Shown here: positions 36,851-48,206 of the stretch, piece by piece | Position numbering within the stretch: position 1 is the first letter of the stretch | Layout: every line of letters begins with the position of its first letter | Origin: Octopus bimaculoides | Lineage: Eukaryota | Assembly: GCF_001194135.2 (NCBI RefSeq) | Contig: NC_068998.1 | Coordinates: 45,027,607-45,091,606, forward strand | Length of the DNA: 64,000 bases | Direction: 5' to 3' | The notes under the pieces: generated by a model | Told to the model about the DNA's origin: nothing | The model's input: the letters and a program-made list of their open reading frames with translations, nothing else | Databases searched by the model: none | Translations under genes and position numbers: made by a program

Positions 36851-37032
36851 AAAGTGGCAAGCTGTCGGAATCGTTAGCATGCTGGACAAAGTGTTCAGCA
36901 TTCTGAGTTCCTATTCTGTAATGATTGACTTTTCAGGTTCAATAAAATAAGTAACAGTTGATCACTGGAGTCAATGTAATCGACTAGCTTCTCCACTAAA
37001 ACTGCTGGCCTTGTGCCAAAATTTGAAACCAA
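36851..37032 (+). mobile_element. SINE family A copy with internal deletions
   Basis: GTGGCAAGCTGTCGGAATCGTTAGC...GCTGGCCTTGTGCCAAAATTTGAAACCA. Confidence 0.8.
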
Positions 37033-38317
37033 TGTATTAAATTAAGTTAACTTGGCTTGTTCGTAGTAATCTTAGAGGTTTTAAAATAAATAAATATCCC
37101 TTTACATTTTGAATATTCATTTTAATGAGGTCAATATAACCTTTTGCCTATTGATTGTCAATGATATTAGTAAAAGTTATGGAAGTGAGTTGCTTCAATC
37201 TACTCTGGCTACGACCTTTGTTTTTTGTTTTATTTGCCAGTATGAGAAATTAGTATAGATTCAAGTTTATTTTTGATCTTGACATTTCATTAGTTTTGTA
37301 CAGATCTATAAATTGGCATTATGTATGTATTTATTCTTAGATTGAAGGATTTATGAGTGAATGCTATCTCACTATCAACCAGGCTATCAAAAACCAGATC
37401 TGGTGTCTTGTTACATACAGTGAAACAAAATACTGATCAAGAACTCAATAAAAAAAAACACTACAGTCTAGTTTGAATCATGATCTAATTAGCCATGGCC
37501 CTTACTACTTTAACCAGTCATCCGGTGTGCCATAAATCTAATGAAATCTATTTTAGTCATTATGTCTTCTTTTGCATTGTTTTGAATTTTCATTATAATT
37601 CTTAGTATAGTTCCTAGTTGTATTATGAACAATGCATTCTAGTTTTGTTTGTTTGCTTTCGAAGAAACAAAAAAAGGCATTATGATACCAAATAAAACCA
37701 CTTGGTATTAAAATGGATGGATAAACTTTGTGTGCATCCATCAAGCATAATTCTTTTCATCCTTTTACGTAACTGCATCATCTTGATTAGTCAAATATTT
37801 GCTCAACAAGAAGCATTTTGCTCACTTTTGTATAGATGATATTAACTAGTTTTGTTCATTGCAAAATTTCTGCAGATGTAGCAATCCACTAATGATTATA
37901 ATTCTGTTACTTTACAATGATATGAATAGTAAAATAGTAGTTATACTGTGCAGTGATTACGAAAAATAGAAGTTTCGCATTGAGGAATTTAGTTCTATAT
38001 AAGCAATGAATGGAAAAAAACGGTTAAGAGATGCAATATTTCATAGACTGATAATAAATTATTGTTTCTTGTGTTGAACTGAGTTGCATTCTAAGCTTTG
38101 CATAGAATAATGTGAATTGGCTGTCTTTTAAGCTCTTGTTAAAAAATAGGGTTTAAAATACATGTTTAGCTATGAGTGGTAGTAAACTGTTATTTTTAGC
38201 TTTGTGGCAGTTGTCGTTTCCAGACCAGTGTGTTGAAATCAGTTGTATTAATTCATTGAGGTGTTAATATGGGACTAAAGATTCAAGTTGTGTATTGATA
38301 TGAGATATATCTGCTAT

Positions 38318-38463
38318 TAAATCTTATTCAGTTAACCAAAATTAAACACACTCCTTGATTTATTGAATTTCAATATCCTTACTATTCACCCATGCTTACA
38401 TAATGTGCATTTAGATGTTTCTCCAATGCATGCATATCCACTTGGATTTACTTCCTGCTATTG
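38318..38463. repeat. 146-bp segment, copy 1 of a diverged local duplication
   Basis: Gap-free alignment to 40512-40657 with about 30 mismatches (about 79%). Confidence 0.85.
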
Positions 38464-38561
38464 CACATGCATTGATATGAAAACTTCTGCATGTAATCCA
38501 CATGCAAAGGCTGCAATGTTTTCCTGAAGTTGTAAATATGTTTCATTATAAATGCAACATA

Positions 38562-38782
38562 TACAAGGGATTGCTGAAAAGTTCCTGGCTTTAAGAGTAT
38601 CATGAAAGGCCTGGCTGGAGGCCCAACCTTTCAGTTTCTTTTACAGGGCTTAGAAAATCTGAAGGCCAACTGCAATATGTATATGAATCTGAGAGGGGAA
38701 TATGGTGAATAAAATCATAAATTAACCGATTTTCCTTTATTTTTTTTACCCAAAACCAGGAACTTTGCAGCACCCCTTCATA
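38562..38782. mobile_element. Mariner-derived MITE, 221 bp (sister of 22605)
   Basis: TACAAGGGATTGCTGAAAAGTTCC ... GGAACTTTGCAGCACCCCTTCATA. Confidence 0.9.
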
Positions 38783-39902
38783 TAGAGCAATTCAGTTGGA
38801 ACAATTGACAGCAAATTACGGTTGGGTTTCAATTCTACCAGGTGAATTACTGTGCTGTAATTTATTTCACCTCTGTACAAAAACTAATGTTTTCAATCAC
38901 TGAGGATAATATGTATGTTTTCCTCTAATTCATGACTATTATTTACAGAATAAAGTAGTGATTAATGTTAGATTTTCAAATGAAATATTACATTTTAAAG
39001 TGCTGATTATTATTGATCAGTTAAGGCAACTATGTTTGAGATTACAGATACACATACACACACTATATATATATATAAGTAATTTAAAACATCTCTAATT
39101 TTATTGCAGTATTGAACTGTATTGTATTTCAAGCTTTGCATAAAATGATGCAAATTGGCAGCTCTCTAAACTTTATTTAGAAGTCAATATAAATCTTTAA
39201 ATATGAGCAATAGCAAAACTATCTTATTTTCGATTTTGTGTCAGTTGCCAATTACAGATCAGTAAACTAAAACCTAATCTATTAATTATTTATACATTAA
39301 TAATTATTAAAAGCATTATTGGGGGTGCATACCTTTGACTTCTGGCCCCCAACCCCCAGTCTTTATTTTCTTCAGTATCAATGTTCTCTAGTCCTTATGG
39401 AACTCTTATTTAAATACATAAAGATTATTCAGTATATTTCTGAGTCACTTATTCGTCTTTTCTCTCCTACCTAGTGATCTTGTATTTCAACCTCCTAAAT
39501 AGACAATATTTGTTTATAAATATTATCACAAGAGTATATATATTTCATGTTAAGATGGCATCAAGAATTATGTGGTATAATTCCTGTAACCCCAATTCTA
39601 ACTCTACTTCAGAGTCATCTTGATTCTACAGAGGACAAAGATGCCTCCTACGCAATAAGTTCCTTAAACACATTGTTTACTGTGGATGTTTGTCTGACGC
39701 CTTCAACAACACTCTCCAAAATAGGTATTTACCAAGCTCACTTAATACAGTTGTTTTGAAAGCAACATTTAATCCCCCCAACTTTAATTCAGTTCACTGA
39801 TACATCACTTTCAGTTTATCCAGAAGGTTTAAGTATTGTAAAACTACCATTTTTAATCTATTATTAAAAAAATACCTTCAAAACCAAGTGTTATAACAGA
39901 TA

Positions 39903-40057
39903 AGTGCAGGCATGACTGTGGTAAGAAGCTTACTTCCCAACCACATGGATCTGGGTTCAGTTCCTCTGCATGGTACCTTGAGCAAGTGATTTCTACTATA
40001 GCCTCAGGGTGACCAAAGCCTTGTGAGTGGATTTGATAACTGGAAGCTGAAGGAAGC

Positions 40058-40111
<54 letters not shown>

Positions 40112-40335
40112 GTATGTACGTATCTATGTGTCTCTGTTTGTTCCCCACATGCACTTGACAACCAGTGTCAGTGTATTTATGTCCCCATAAGTTAGAGGTT
40201 CAGCAGAAGAGAATGACAGAATAAGTATCAGGCTTAAAAAAAAAATAAGTACTGTAGTCAATTCATTAGACTAAGGTGATGCCCCAGTATGGCCACAATC
40301 TAATGACTGAAACAAGTAAAAGAAAGATAAAAGAT
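39903..40335 (+). mobile_element. SINE family B, full length
   Basis: AGTGCAGGCATGACTGTGGTAAG...GGGTTCAGTTCC...CAAAGCCTTGTGAGTGGATTTG...(TA)n...ATGACTGAAACAAGTAAAAG. Confidence 0.9.
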
Positions 40336-40511
40336 ACCTTAAAACAGACTAATACATATTGTTAACACATTATTTATATAATGGTAAAATATTGTTGAAA
40401 ATGCGAGAAATAAAAATTTCAATTGTTTGGAGAATATTGGGATTAAGGAACATCAAGCAGACTCCATACTGTGAGGTTCCAGATTCCGGTTATATATATG
40501 AATACTAGATA

Positions 40512-40657
40512 TAAATCTCATTCCGTTGACCGAAATTAAACTTGCTCATTGTATTATTGAATTTCAATATCCTCAATGTTCAGTCATGCTTACATATTGT
40601 ACATTTAAAGGTTCTACGAATGCTTATATAACCACTTGCATTTAGTTTCTGCTATTG
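40512..40657. repeat. 146-bp segment, copy 2
   Basis: Aligns without gaps to 38318-38463. Confidence 0.85.
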
Positions 40658-40739
40658 TAAATTTGTCTAATGAGGCAATGTTGGAATGCAGGGTTTTGAT
40701 TGAAGACTTCACTTTTATGGTGTATATCAAACACAAATC

Positions 40740-40834
40740 AACTCTCTCACTCACTCACTCACTCTCTCTCTCACTCACTCTCTCTCTCACTCTCTCTCTC
40801 TCTCTCCCTCCCTCCCTCCCTATGAGAGAGAGAG
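40740..40834. repeat. (CT)n/(CACT)n pyrimidine microsatellite
   Basis: Direct observation. Confidence 0.9.
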
Positions 40835-41384
40835 TAATAATACTTGAGTAATAATAATTGTCAGCAATAATACTTGAACTCCATATCACAATCTAATGAA
40901 ATACATGTCAATAATATAGTGTTGCAAATGTATATAGTGATAAACTGTCTCATTCCACAGTTCCTTCTTGCAGCTAAGTAGACTCAACCAATAGGTACAA
41001 TGCAATAGTGACAGGATATAACGTTTTAGAAAAATAGCTTGAAATTTGGTCAACTAAGGCAATTACACTTCTTTCTTGTGACCTACTTGATCTTATACTA
41101 ACCTTGAGAAACAAGTACTATTTATTACTCCAGGAAGGATCATCCTTATAATGAACTAAATCCATTGATATGTATCCTCAGTTTTTATATTAAATCATTT
41201 TGTAAGAAAAAAGGGGCCTCCAGTATAGCTTTAACAGCCTAAATTTGAAAAACTGAAATATAGTTCGTTCATGCCAAGATTTCAATAAGAAGGAATTTTA
41301 AAGACTCTTCACTCCAGACATATTGGTGAAAATCATGATACATATTATAGAAAGTATTTTATTTCATTACATATCTTCCTTCAT

Positions 41385-41936
41385 GTGTACCTTCCTTCAT
41401 TGGACACTAAACTCCGCTTGCAAAGACCTGTTGAGGCAAGTGAAATCGAAATCAAACTAAATTCGATGGCTAGCACCCATGCCAACGTCGTCTCCCTCAT
41501 TGGACACGAAACTCAGCTTGCAAAGACCTGTTGGGGCAAGCAAAAGCGAAATCGTGATGGCACCTGTGCCCAGTGTCACTTTCCTGGCACTTGTGCCCAG
41601 TGTCACTTTCCTGGCACTTGTGCCGGTGGTACATGTAAAGACATTCGAGCAAGATCATTGCCAGTGCTGCTGGACTGGCTCCTGTGCAGGTGGAACGTAA
41701 AACACACCATTTTGAGCGTGGCCGTTGTCAGTACCGCCTGACTGGCCCTCGTGCTGGTGGCACATAAAAGCACCCACTACACTCTCAAAGTGGTTGGCGT
41801 TAGGAAGGGCATCCAGCAGTAGAAACTCTGCCAAATCAGATTGGAGCCTGGTGTAGCCATCTGGTTCACCAGTCCTCAGTCAAATCGTCCAACCCATGCT
41901 AACATGGAAAGTGGACGTTAAACGATGATGATGATG
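41385..41936 (+). mobile_element. Family C SINE-like retroelement with nested internal repeats and a (GAT)n tail
   Basis: GC-rich; 60-bp repeat with 100-bp period, 27-bp tandem, about 65-bp tandem units, GGCGTTAGGAAGGGCATCCAGC box, ...CATGGAAAGTGGACGTTAAACGATGATGATGATG. Confidence 0.85.
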
Positions 41937-42100
41937 AATTTGGACAGATTTGATCAAATTTAAATTTACGAAAGTTATTTGTGAGCAACAGCAACAAATT
42001 CCAGAATGTTTAGAACATAATTTTCTGGCTTTAACTGTTTATCAATATAGCAATATTTTGTTTCTTGATTTACCGAATCCTATTATCCTTAAAAATGCAA

Positions 42101-42123
42101 AAATAATAATAATAATAATAATG

Positions 42124-42173
<50 letters not shown>
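42101..42173. repeat. (AAT)n microsatellite
   Basis: Direct observation. Confidence 0.95.
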
Positions 42174-42175
<2 letters not shown>

Positions 42176-42760
42176 CAGTTCTTTGCTTAAAGAATTATTA
42201 GGTCTAAAGTTGAGATTAGACATTAAGATTTGACATAGGTCAAAGATAGATTACACAATATTAAAAATTTCATTTCCTGCAAACAATATTCCTACATCAA
42301 AATTCAAAAAGACAAGTGACATCTACTATAGATTTTCTATAGCTATCGATGATAGTCTGAATGGTTCAAAATATTTTCTGTTCTGTATTGATAAAAATAC
42401 AGATGGATTTTAAGTAAAAAATAAAATAATAATAAATATAACGAATGGGAATATGTGTCAACTAAAAGTGTCATTTGTTTGTCATAAATATTTGGTCTCT
42501 GTCTCCAGAATAGATATTGAAAAATGTGGAAAATATAGCAAATGCATAAAGTTTTTAGTGCAACTCCACCAAATTCTTTAAATATAATTTAGCAATATGA
42601 GAATAGAATCGTCATGATAGAACACAATGCTTTATAAGTTAACTAAGGAAGGTTTTTCTCAAGCATTGTGTCTTATTGATATTGTTACTAACAATTCATC
42701 TCAGTGACTGTATTAAGTTGCTGTATTTCAAATTTCAGGGTCCTTATCTTTTTTATATTT

Positions 42761-43222
42761 TTTTTACTCATTTCAGTCACAAGACTGCAGCCATGCTGTG
42801 GCCATGCTGTGGCCATGCTGCAGCCATGCTGTGCCATGCTGTGGCACTGCCTTGAAACACTTTCAGTCAAACATATCTATCCTAGTACTTATTTTTTTAT
42901 TTTTAATAAAGCATAGTACTTATTCCAGCAGTCTCTTTTGGCTGAACTGCTAAGTTACAGAGATGTAAACAAACCAACACTAGTTGTCAACAGGTGGTGG
43001 GAGACAAACACTGACACAAAGAGATACACACATTGATATATATATATCTATATATATATATGACAGGCTTCTTTCAGTTTCCCTCTTCCAAATCCACTCA
43101 CAAGGTTTGGGTTGGCCTTAGGCCATAGTAGAAGACACTTGCACAAGGTGCCATGCAGTGGGACTGAACCCCAAATCATGGGATTGGAAAGGAAGCTTCT
43201 TACCATGTATCAACGCCTGCAC
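42761..43222 (-). mobile_element. SINE family B copy with an 11-bp tandem expansion
   Basis: Standard head and domain; GCCATGCTGTG repeated 5 times at 42790-42843. Confidence 0.88.
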
Positions 43223-43299
43223 TTTATTCTACCTATTGTTAATAGTGAAATGATTTTCTTGTACAGTCTTGACAGTATTTGACATTATTTATCCTTATG

Positions 43300-43625
43300 A
43301 ATTATTAGATGGTTGAAAACTGGACTGTAAGAATATGTTGCAAATTATTCCAAGTTACCACTTGATAATTCTCATGTCACTTATTCTTTTGCCTTTGAAA
43401 CATTACTAGCTTATTTCAAATGTTTCTATTCACAGAGTAACAAATACCAGCTTTTTCACAAACTCAGCTGGACATTCAAAATATGCTGTATCTCTCACAC
43501 AGCAGTCATCTTCTCTATATGTACTGAACCATTTTTGACATTTAACTCACCTGCAGAATACTTTTACCATAAAGTTTTATTAGTCTCAGAAGTAATAAAG
43601 CATTATATACTGTCATGTTAAAAAG
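43300..43625 (-). mobile_element. Degenerate mariner transposase N-terminal (HTH) remnant
   Basis: IKLYGKSILQV / CQKWFSTYREDD...D....CPAEF resembles mariner VYG..A...R.CQ.WF..FR.GD..L.D..R.GRP.EF. Confidence 0.55.
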
Positions 43626-45619
43626 CAAAGCAGATGGGTAGGAGGGTGAGGATGACTATACTCCACAACGTACTTTCCAAAAAAAAAATATTAGTAAAAT
43701 ACGGTAGAAAATTTTATGCCAGGTGTCTGGAGTTAACATACTGCGGGGATTTGACAATGTTATTTGGGCTGTGTCGACATGCTTCTAGATAAGAGAACTG
43801 CTCGATAGCAATCGCTGGTTATGCATTTTTATCACTAAAAATAGTCAAACAATATATAACTGCTTGCAGTTGCTGCAGAATTTGTTTACTTTAATGAAAA
43901 TAGGCAAAAAAGAAAATTCTTACTGCTTGGATGCTAAATTCAGCTGAGTAATGACGTTTTGTAATTATGGCTGTTTTGTCTCTTAGAACAGCTTATAATA
44001 ATTGATATTTTACAGTACATACACTGCAGATTTTAATCAATGCTTTCTCAATCTCCTACTCACAGGAGAATGCAAGTTAGTGAGAGGAATCATGTAGTTT
44101 CTTTGCCTTTGGTTACAGTCAGCATCACCTGTTAACATTCTCTTCCTTTAAACACTTAAGTTTAAAAACATAAACATTAACAAATATTTTGACTGTCTTT
44201 ACCACATGTTAATACTAATTTTTATTGCTCCTCATCTCACATCAAAAACAAATATCTCTATAGTGTCTTAAACGAGCCGAAATATTGCACGTTGTCAAGT
44301 TTTATGCAAGACATTCCAAACTGGAAGTTAAATATGATTAAGTAATTTAAATGTTGTCACTCTTCAACATAATATTACATGTGTACTGACCTGATGTAGC
44401 TCTCTCCTGCAAATTAAAGAATATTAAGATATTGATGGTTGTTTTTTGTATTAAAATTATAACCTAGAAGAAACCAGTTACCAGTTTCAGATAATGATTA
44501 TGTAATTATTTATTTCAGTAATAAATATTTACATCTTACTTAATTTAATTGTGATCTCTACCTGTCTTTGGCACAGATAAACTCAATTATTTCATGTAAA
44601 TTGTGTATCTTCTTCAATAGATTTCTGATTTAGCACCCCTTTCAGCACAGCATTGTAAATTATTAGTATATATTCACTCATATATGTCTATTGTTAAAAT
44701 TCTTCAGTTTTTCTCAAAGTCTCGGTGTTATATAAAATCATGATATGTTTAGACTTTGCAGGAATGTTATATAACTTGCTTCATTTGTACAAAAAAAAAA
44801 TACATTGATAATAGATTTAGAAAGGAAGAATACTAGCAATTAACTTAGAGTAAAATGTAAGAGATAGAACATGTTACTTATCACGCTGTAGGATGCAGAA
44901 TCTTCAGAATAGATATTCAGAACTAAATCTTTAATTGTACTCTTAAAATGGACGTATAAAGTGTTTTGAATTTGACTTTCCTTTTGCAATATAAACATAT
45001 CTCTGTTCAAAACTTTATAATTTTATTTTGAGTACAAGTTTCAATGATTTCTATCAGGAATAATTGTATTTATTTATACTTTATTTTCCATGAAATATAT
45101 GTGATTAAAATTCAAACCTTCTAAACTCTTGTAACTATAAACATTTTCTTAATCTATGTTGAGGATAAACACTGACTTACTAAATAATGCAATACATTTA
45201 GTAATTTCTCTAAACTTGAAAGTGATTCTTATCTTATTTAAAATATCCTTATTTGTTTGTCAGCAAATTTGAAAACTATTGTTCCATTTAATCACAATTT
45301 GGCATGTAAAGCAATTATTTTCTCTTGGCATAATGGATATAAGCAAACAATAGAAATTGTTTATACCTATTTCATAACAACAATGCTTTGAGAAGAATGG
45401 TAAAGTTTCATAGTTACAATTTTCTGAATAAGTTTAGAAATCAAGCTGTAATATTGTTAAGGTTTCATATGAACTAGGAAAACTATCAAAATTTGCATGG
45501 TAATTTTAGTGTGAAGTGTCTTGATAAATACTTATTAATGAAGTCACTCATTTACATTACTAATTGATGAAAGAATGATGTAGGTTATTCTGCTACTTAG
45601 ATACAGATGCAAAGAACAA

Positions 45620-45790
45620 AGAACATTATCCAGATTGTTAGATTCATGGAAACTTAAATTTTTTAGTTAAAATCTATTTTCAAAAGCCTGTACCACAACA
45701 GAGAGAGCAGTGCAAAAAATTAAACTTATCATCTTCATCATATCTCTTGGATCTTGTTGAGAACTTATCACTTGTATTCTATCAAAGGGG
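45620..45790 (+). mobile_element. Possible hAT dimerisation-domain remnant
   Basis: YPDC..NLNFLVKIYFQKPV..ER..KKLNL loosely resembles FPNL...KIYLT.PVT.A..ERSFSKLKLI. Confidence 0.25.
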
Positions 45791-46032
45791 CTTATAATTC
45801 TCTGTTATGACTCAATAACTTCTCAGTTATACATCTATTGTAGATACTTTCTATTATCAGACCACAGTTATTTATTATCCATCTCTCAGCATGTATTACA
45901 ATATAGATCTATAGATTTATTTACAATATAAATCTCCTGCCTTCCTTGCCTCTTGATACTATTATATCATCCATCTCTCTTTCTTTCCTCTCTCTGCTAA
46001 TGTAAGTAAGGTTGACATATATTCTCTCATTA

Positions 46033-46052
46033 CCCCCCCCCACACCACCACC

Positions 46053-46086
<34 letters not shown>

Positions 46087-46092
46087 TCATCA
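46033..46092. repeat. (C)n-(CCA)n-(TCA)n trinucleotide tract
   Basis: Direct observation. Confidence 0.9.
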
Positions 46093-46261
46093 GTCAGTTT
46101 CTACTATCATACAGTCACCTTCTCTATTCACCCATCTTGTCTCTTTTATCATCAGTTTCTCTACCATTTACCTTGTATGTGCTTTGAGTCAACAACTACA
46201 TTATAAAGTAGTGAGAGCTCTTCAAAATTTTGAGGTACATAACACCCTCTTTCTGATAAAA

Positions 46262-46420
46262 TGCCCGCAGTACACTCTAAAGTGGTTGACATTGGCTAAA
46301 GCATCAAGCCAAAGGAAACAAGTCAGAAGTGAAACTGCAGTAACTCCAAAAAATTAATTCCAACTGTGATGACCCGTCCAATTCATGCTAGTATGGAAAG
46401 CAAATGTAAAAGATGACAAT
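46262..46420 (+). mobile_element. Degenerate family C 3' part
   Basis: CAGTACACTCTAAAGTGGTTGAC...CGTCCAATTCATGCTAGTATGGAAAGCAAATGTAAAAGATGAC. Confidence 0.55.
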
Positions 46421-46769
46421 GTTGATAACCATCTATTTATCTGCATTGTAATACATCAACCAATGACTTTGATATTCAATTTGCTTTCTCAACTCACATG
46501 CACTCAGCATCGCATTTTTTCTCCTTTATTTTTATTGTTAGCGTCACATAAATCTATAAAAAACAAACTAACACCATTCTTCTTCAATTATTGTTCATGG
46601 ATCTTAGTATTCATTGCCCATATTTAATTACTATATATCATTGTGACACATTTGATATTCTCTGTCTTTTTTTTTTTAATGAAGTAAAAATAAACAATGT
46701 AATATAACAATTGTTTCCACAACAAAGAAATCACATCATTATGATAGTAGTGATAACAAAAAAAAAAAT

Positions 46770-46975
46770 AATTGATGTAGCAGAATCGTTAGAATATCAG
46801 ACAAAATGCTTTGTGGCATTTGTTCTAGCTCTTTATGCTCTCTGTTCAGATCTCACCCAGGTCAGCTTTGCTTTTCATCCTTCCAGGGTTGCTGAAATAA
46901 GTAGCAGTCAAATATCAGATCAATATAAATGACAGTTCATTTCCTCAAAAGTTTCTGACCGTATCCCTATGTAAG
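46770..46975 (+). mobile_element. Old SINE family A copy
   Basis: GCAGAATCGTTAG..ACAAAATGCTT...GGTCAGCTTTGCTTTTCATCCTTCCAGGG. Confidence 0.65.
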
Positions 46976-47980
46976 AAAATTATTATCATCATTACCGTCG
47001 GACAGATCTTGCTGTCAAATGAATCCATCATTAGAATCATCTTATTGCCTTCCTTCGACTGAAGAAGGCCAGCAGTTTGTCTCTGTTAGATGACAATGGC
47101 AAAAGAGAATGTACAGTGAACAAAAATTACGCATTTCTCTTTGGCTAGATGTTCCTCTTGGATAGAAATTTGAAAGTGGAGAGGAAGGTATGGATGCTCT
47201 CTCCAGTGAATTTGCTAGAAAAAAATAGTTTAGAATGGCTCTCCTGAATGGGTTTCCTTTCAGCACGCAACCTATAGGTAATAAACTCAACCGAGGGCAT
47301 TTGCTTTTGATAGTCAGGGTCACCCTGGATCTGTGGAGTTATTTGATTTGCTCAAGTGGCTGTCCCCACACAACCAGGACATTGTTTTTGATTCCTTATC
47401 TATTTACTTTTGTATTCCATTCCTATGTTTTCATAATCAATTCTGCATAAAAGTCCACAGTTTTTGTATATTTTCCTTCTAATATCCTTCCACAAATCAC
47501 CTTTCTGGCAAATAAAACAAATTATCATTATTTTTATTATCATCATCATCATAATCATCATCATCATTATTGTTATTATCATAGATATGTTGAAACCAAG
47601 AGCATTAAAGTACTTTACTGAATCCTTTACTCTTTGTAGTTTTTAACCTCACAGTTCAGTTCAGCTGTATACACATTGACTGTCAATGAAATACTGGAAT
47701 CTCATTAATTGATAATAACCACCTTTGTACTCAGACAAAAAAGAAACTATGGCTATTATTGTTATTTAGCACTGGAATTGTAACACCAGTAGATCCTCAG
47801 ACTAAATGCCTAGCTTTATTTTGTTTCATGCATTATAGTTCATGATTCAAAACTATCCATCAACTAATGTCATTAAAATGAATACCAGTAATGTAAGAGA
47901 GTTGAAGTAGTTGACTGTACTAGTTCCTCTTACAAAACATATTCTTGTCAAGAGAAAATTTTATTATTATTGTTGTTATT

Positions 47981-48206
47981 AGGGTGGTGAGCTGGCAGAA
48001 TCGTTAGCATGTCAAGTGAAATGCTTAGCAGTATTTTGTATGTCTTTACATTCTGAGTTCAAATGCTGCCACAGTTGATTTTGCCTTTCATCTTTTCAGG
48101 GTCGATAAATTAAGTACCTATTGAGAACTGGTATCAATGTAATCAACTCGACTCCTCCATCAAGAATTTCAGGCCTTGTGCCTTTAGTAGAAAGGGTTAT
48201 TATTAT
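47981..48206 (+). mobile_element. SINE family A copy
   Basis: GGTGGTGAGCTGGCAGAATCGTTAGC...GAGTTCAAAT...AATTTCAGGCCTTGTGCCTTTAGTAGAAAGG. Confidence 0.9.

Noticed and set aside
41565-41780. CRISPR-like array or Cys-rich peptide (TCAQCHFPG repeats)
   Set aside because: The repeats are contiguous without unique spacers and lie inside a eukaryotic SINE-like element.
43440-43610. Apparent exons with a perfect CAG|GTGAGT donor
   Set aside because: The segments are about 25 nt apart and read through as a mariner HTH region, so this is a TE remnant.
47058-47085. CTGAAGAAGGCC as a fourth hammerhead core
   Set aside because: No closing stem II and no GAAA.
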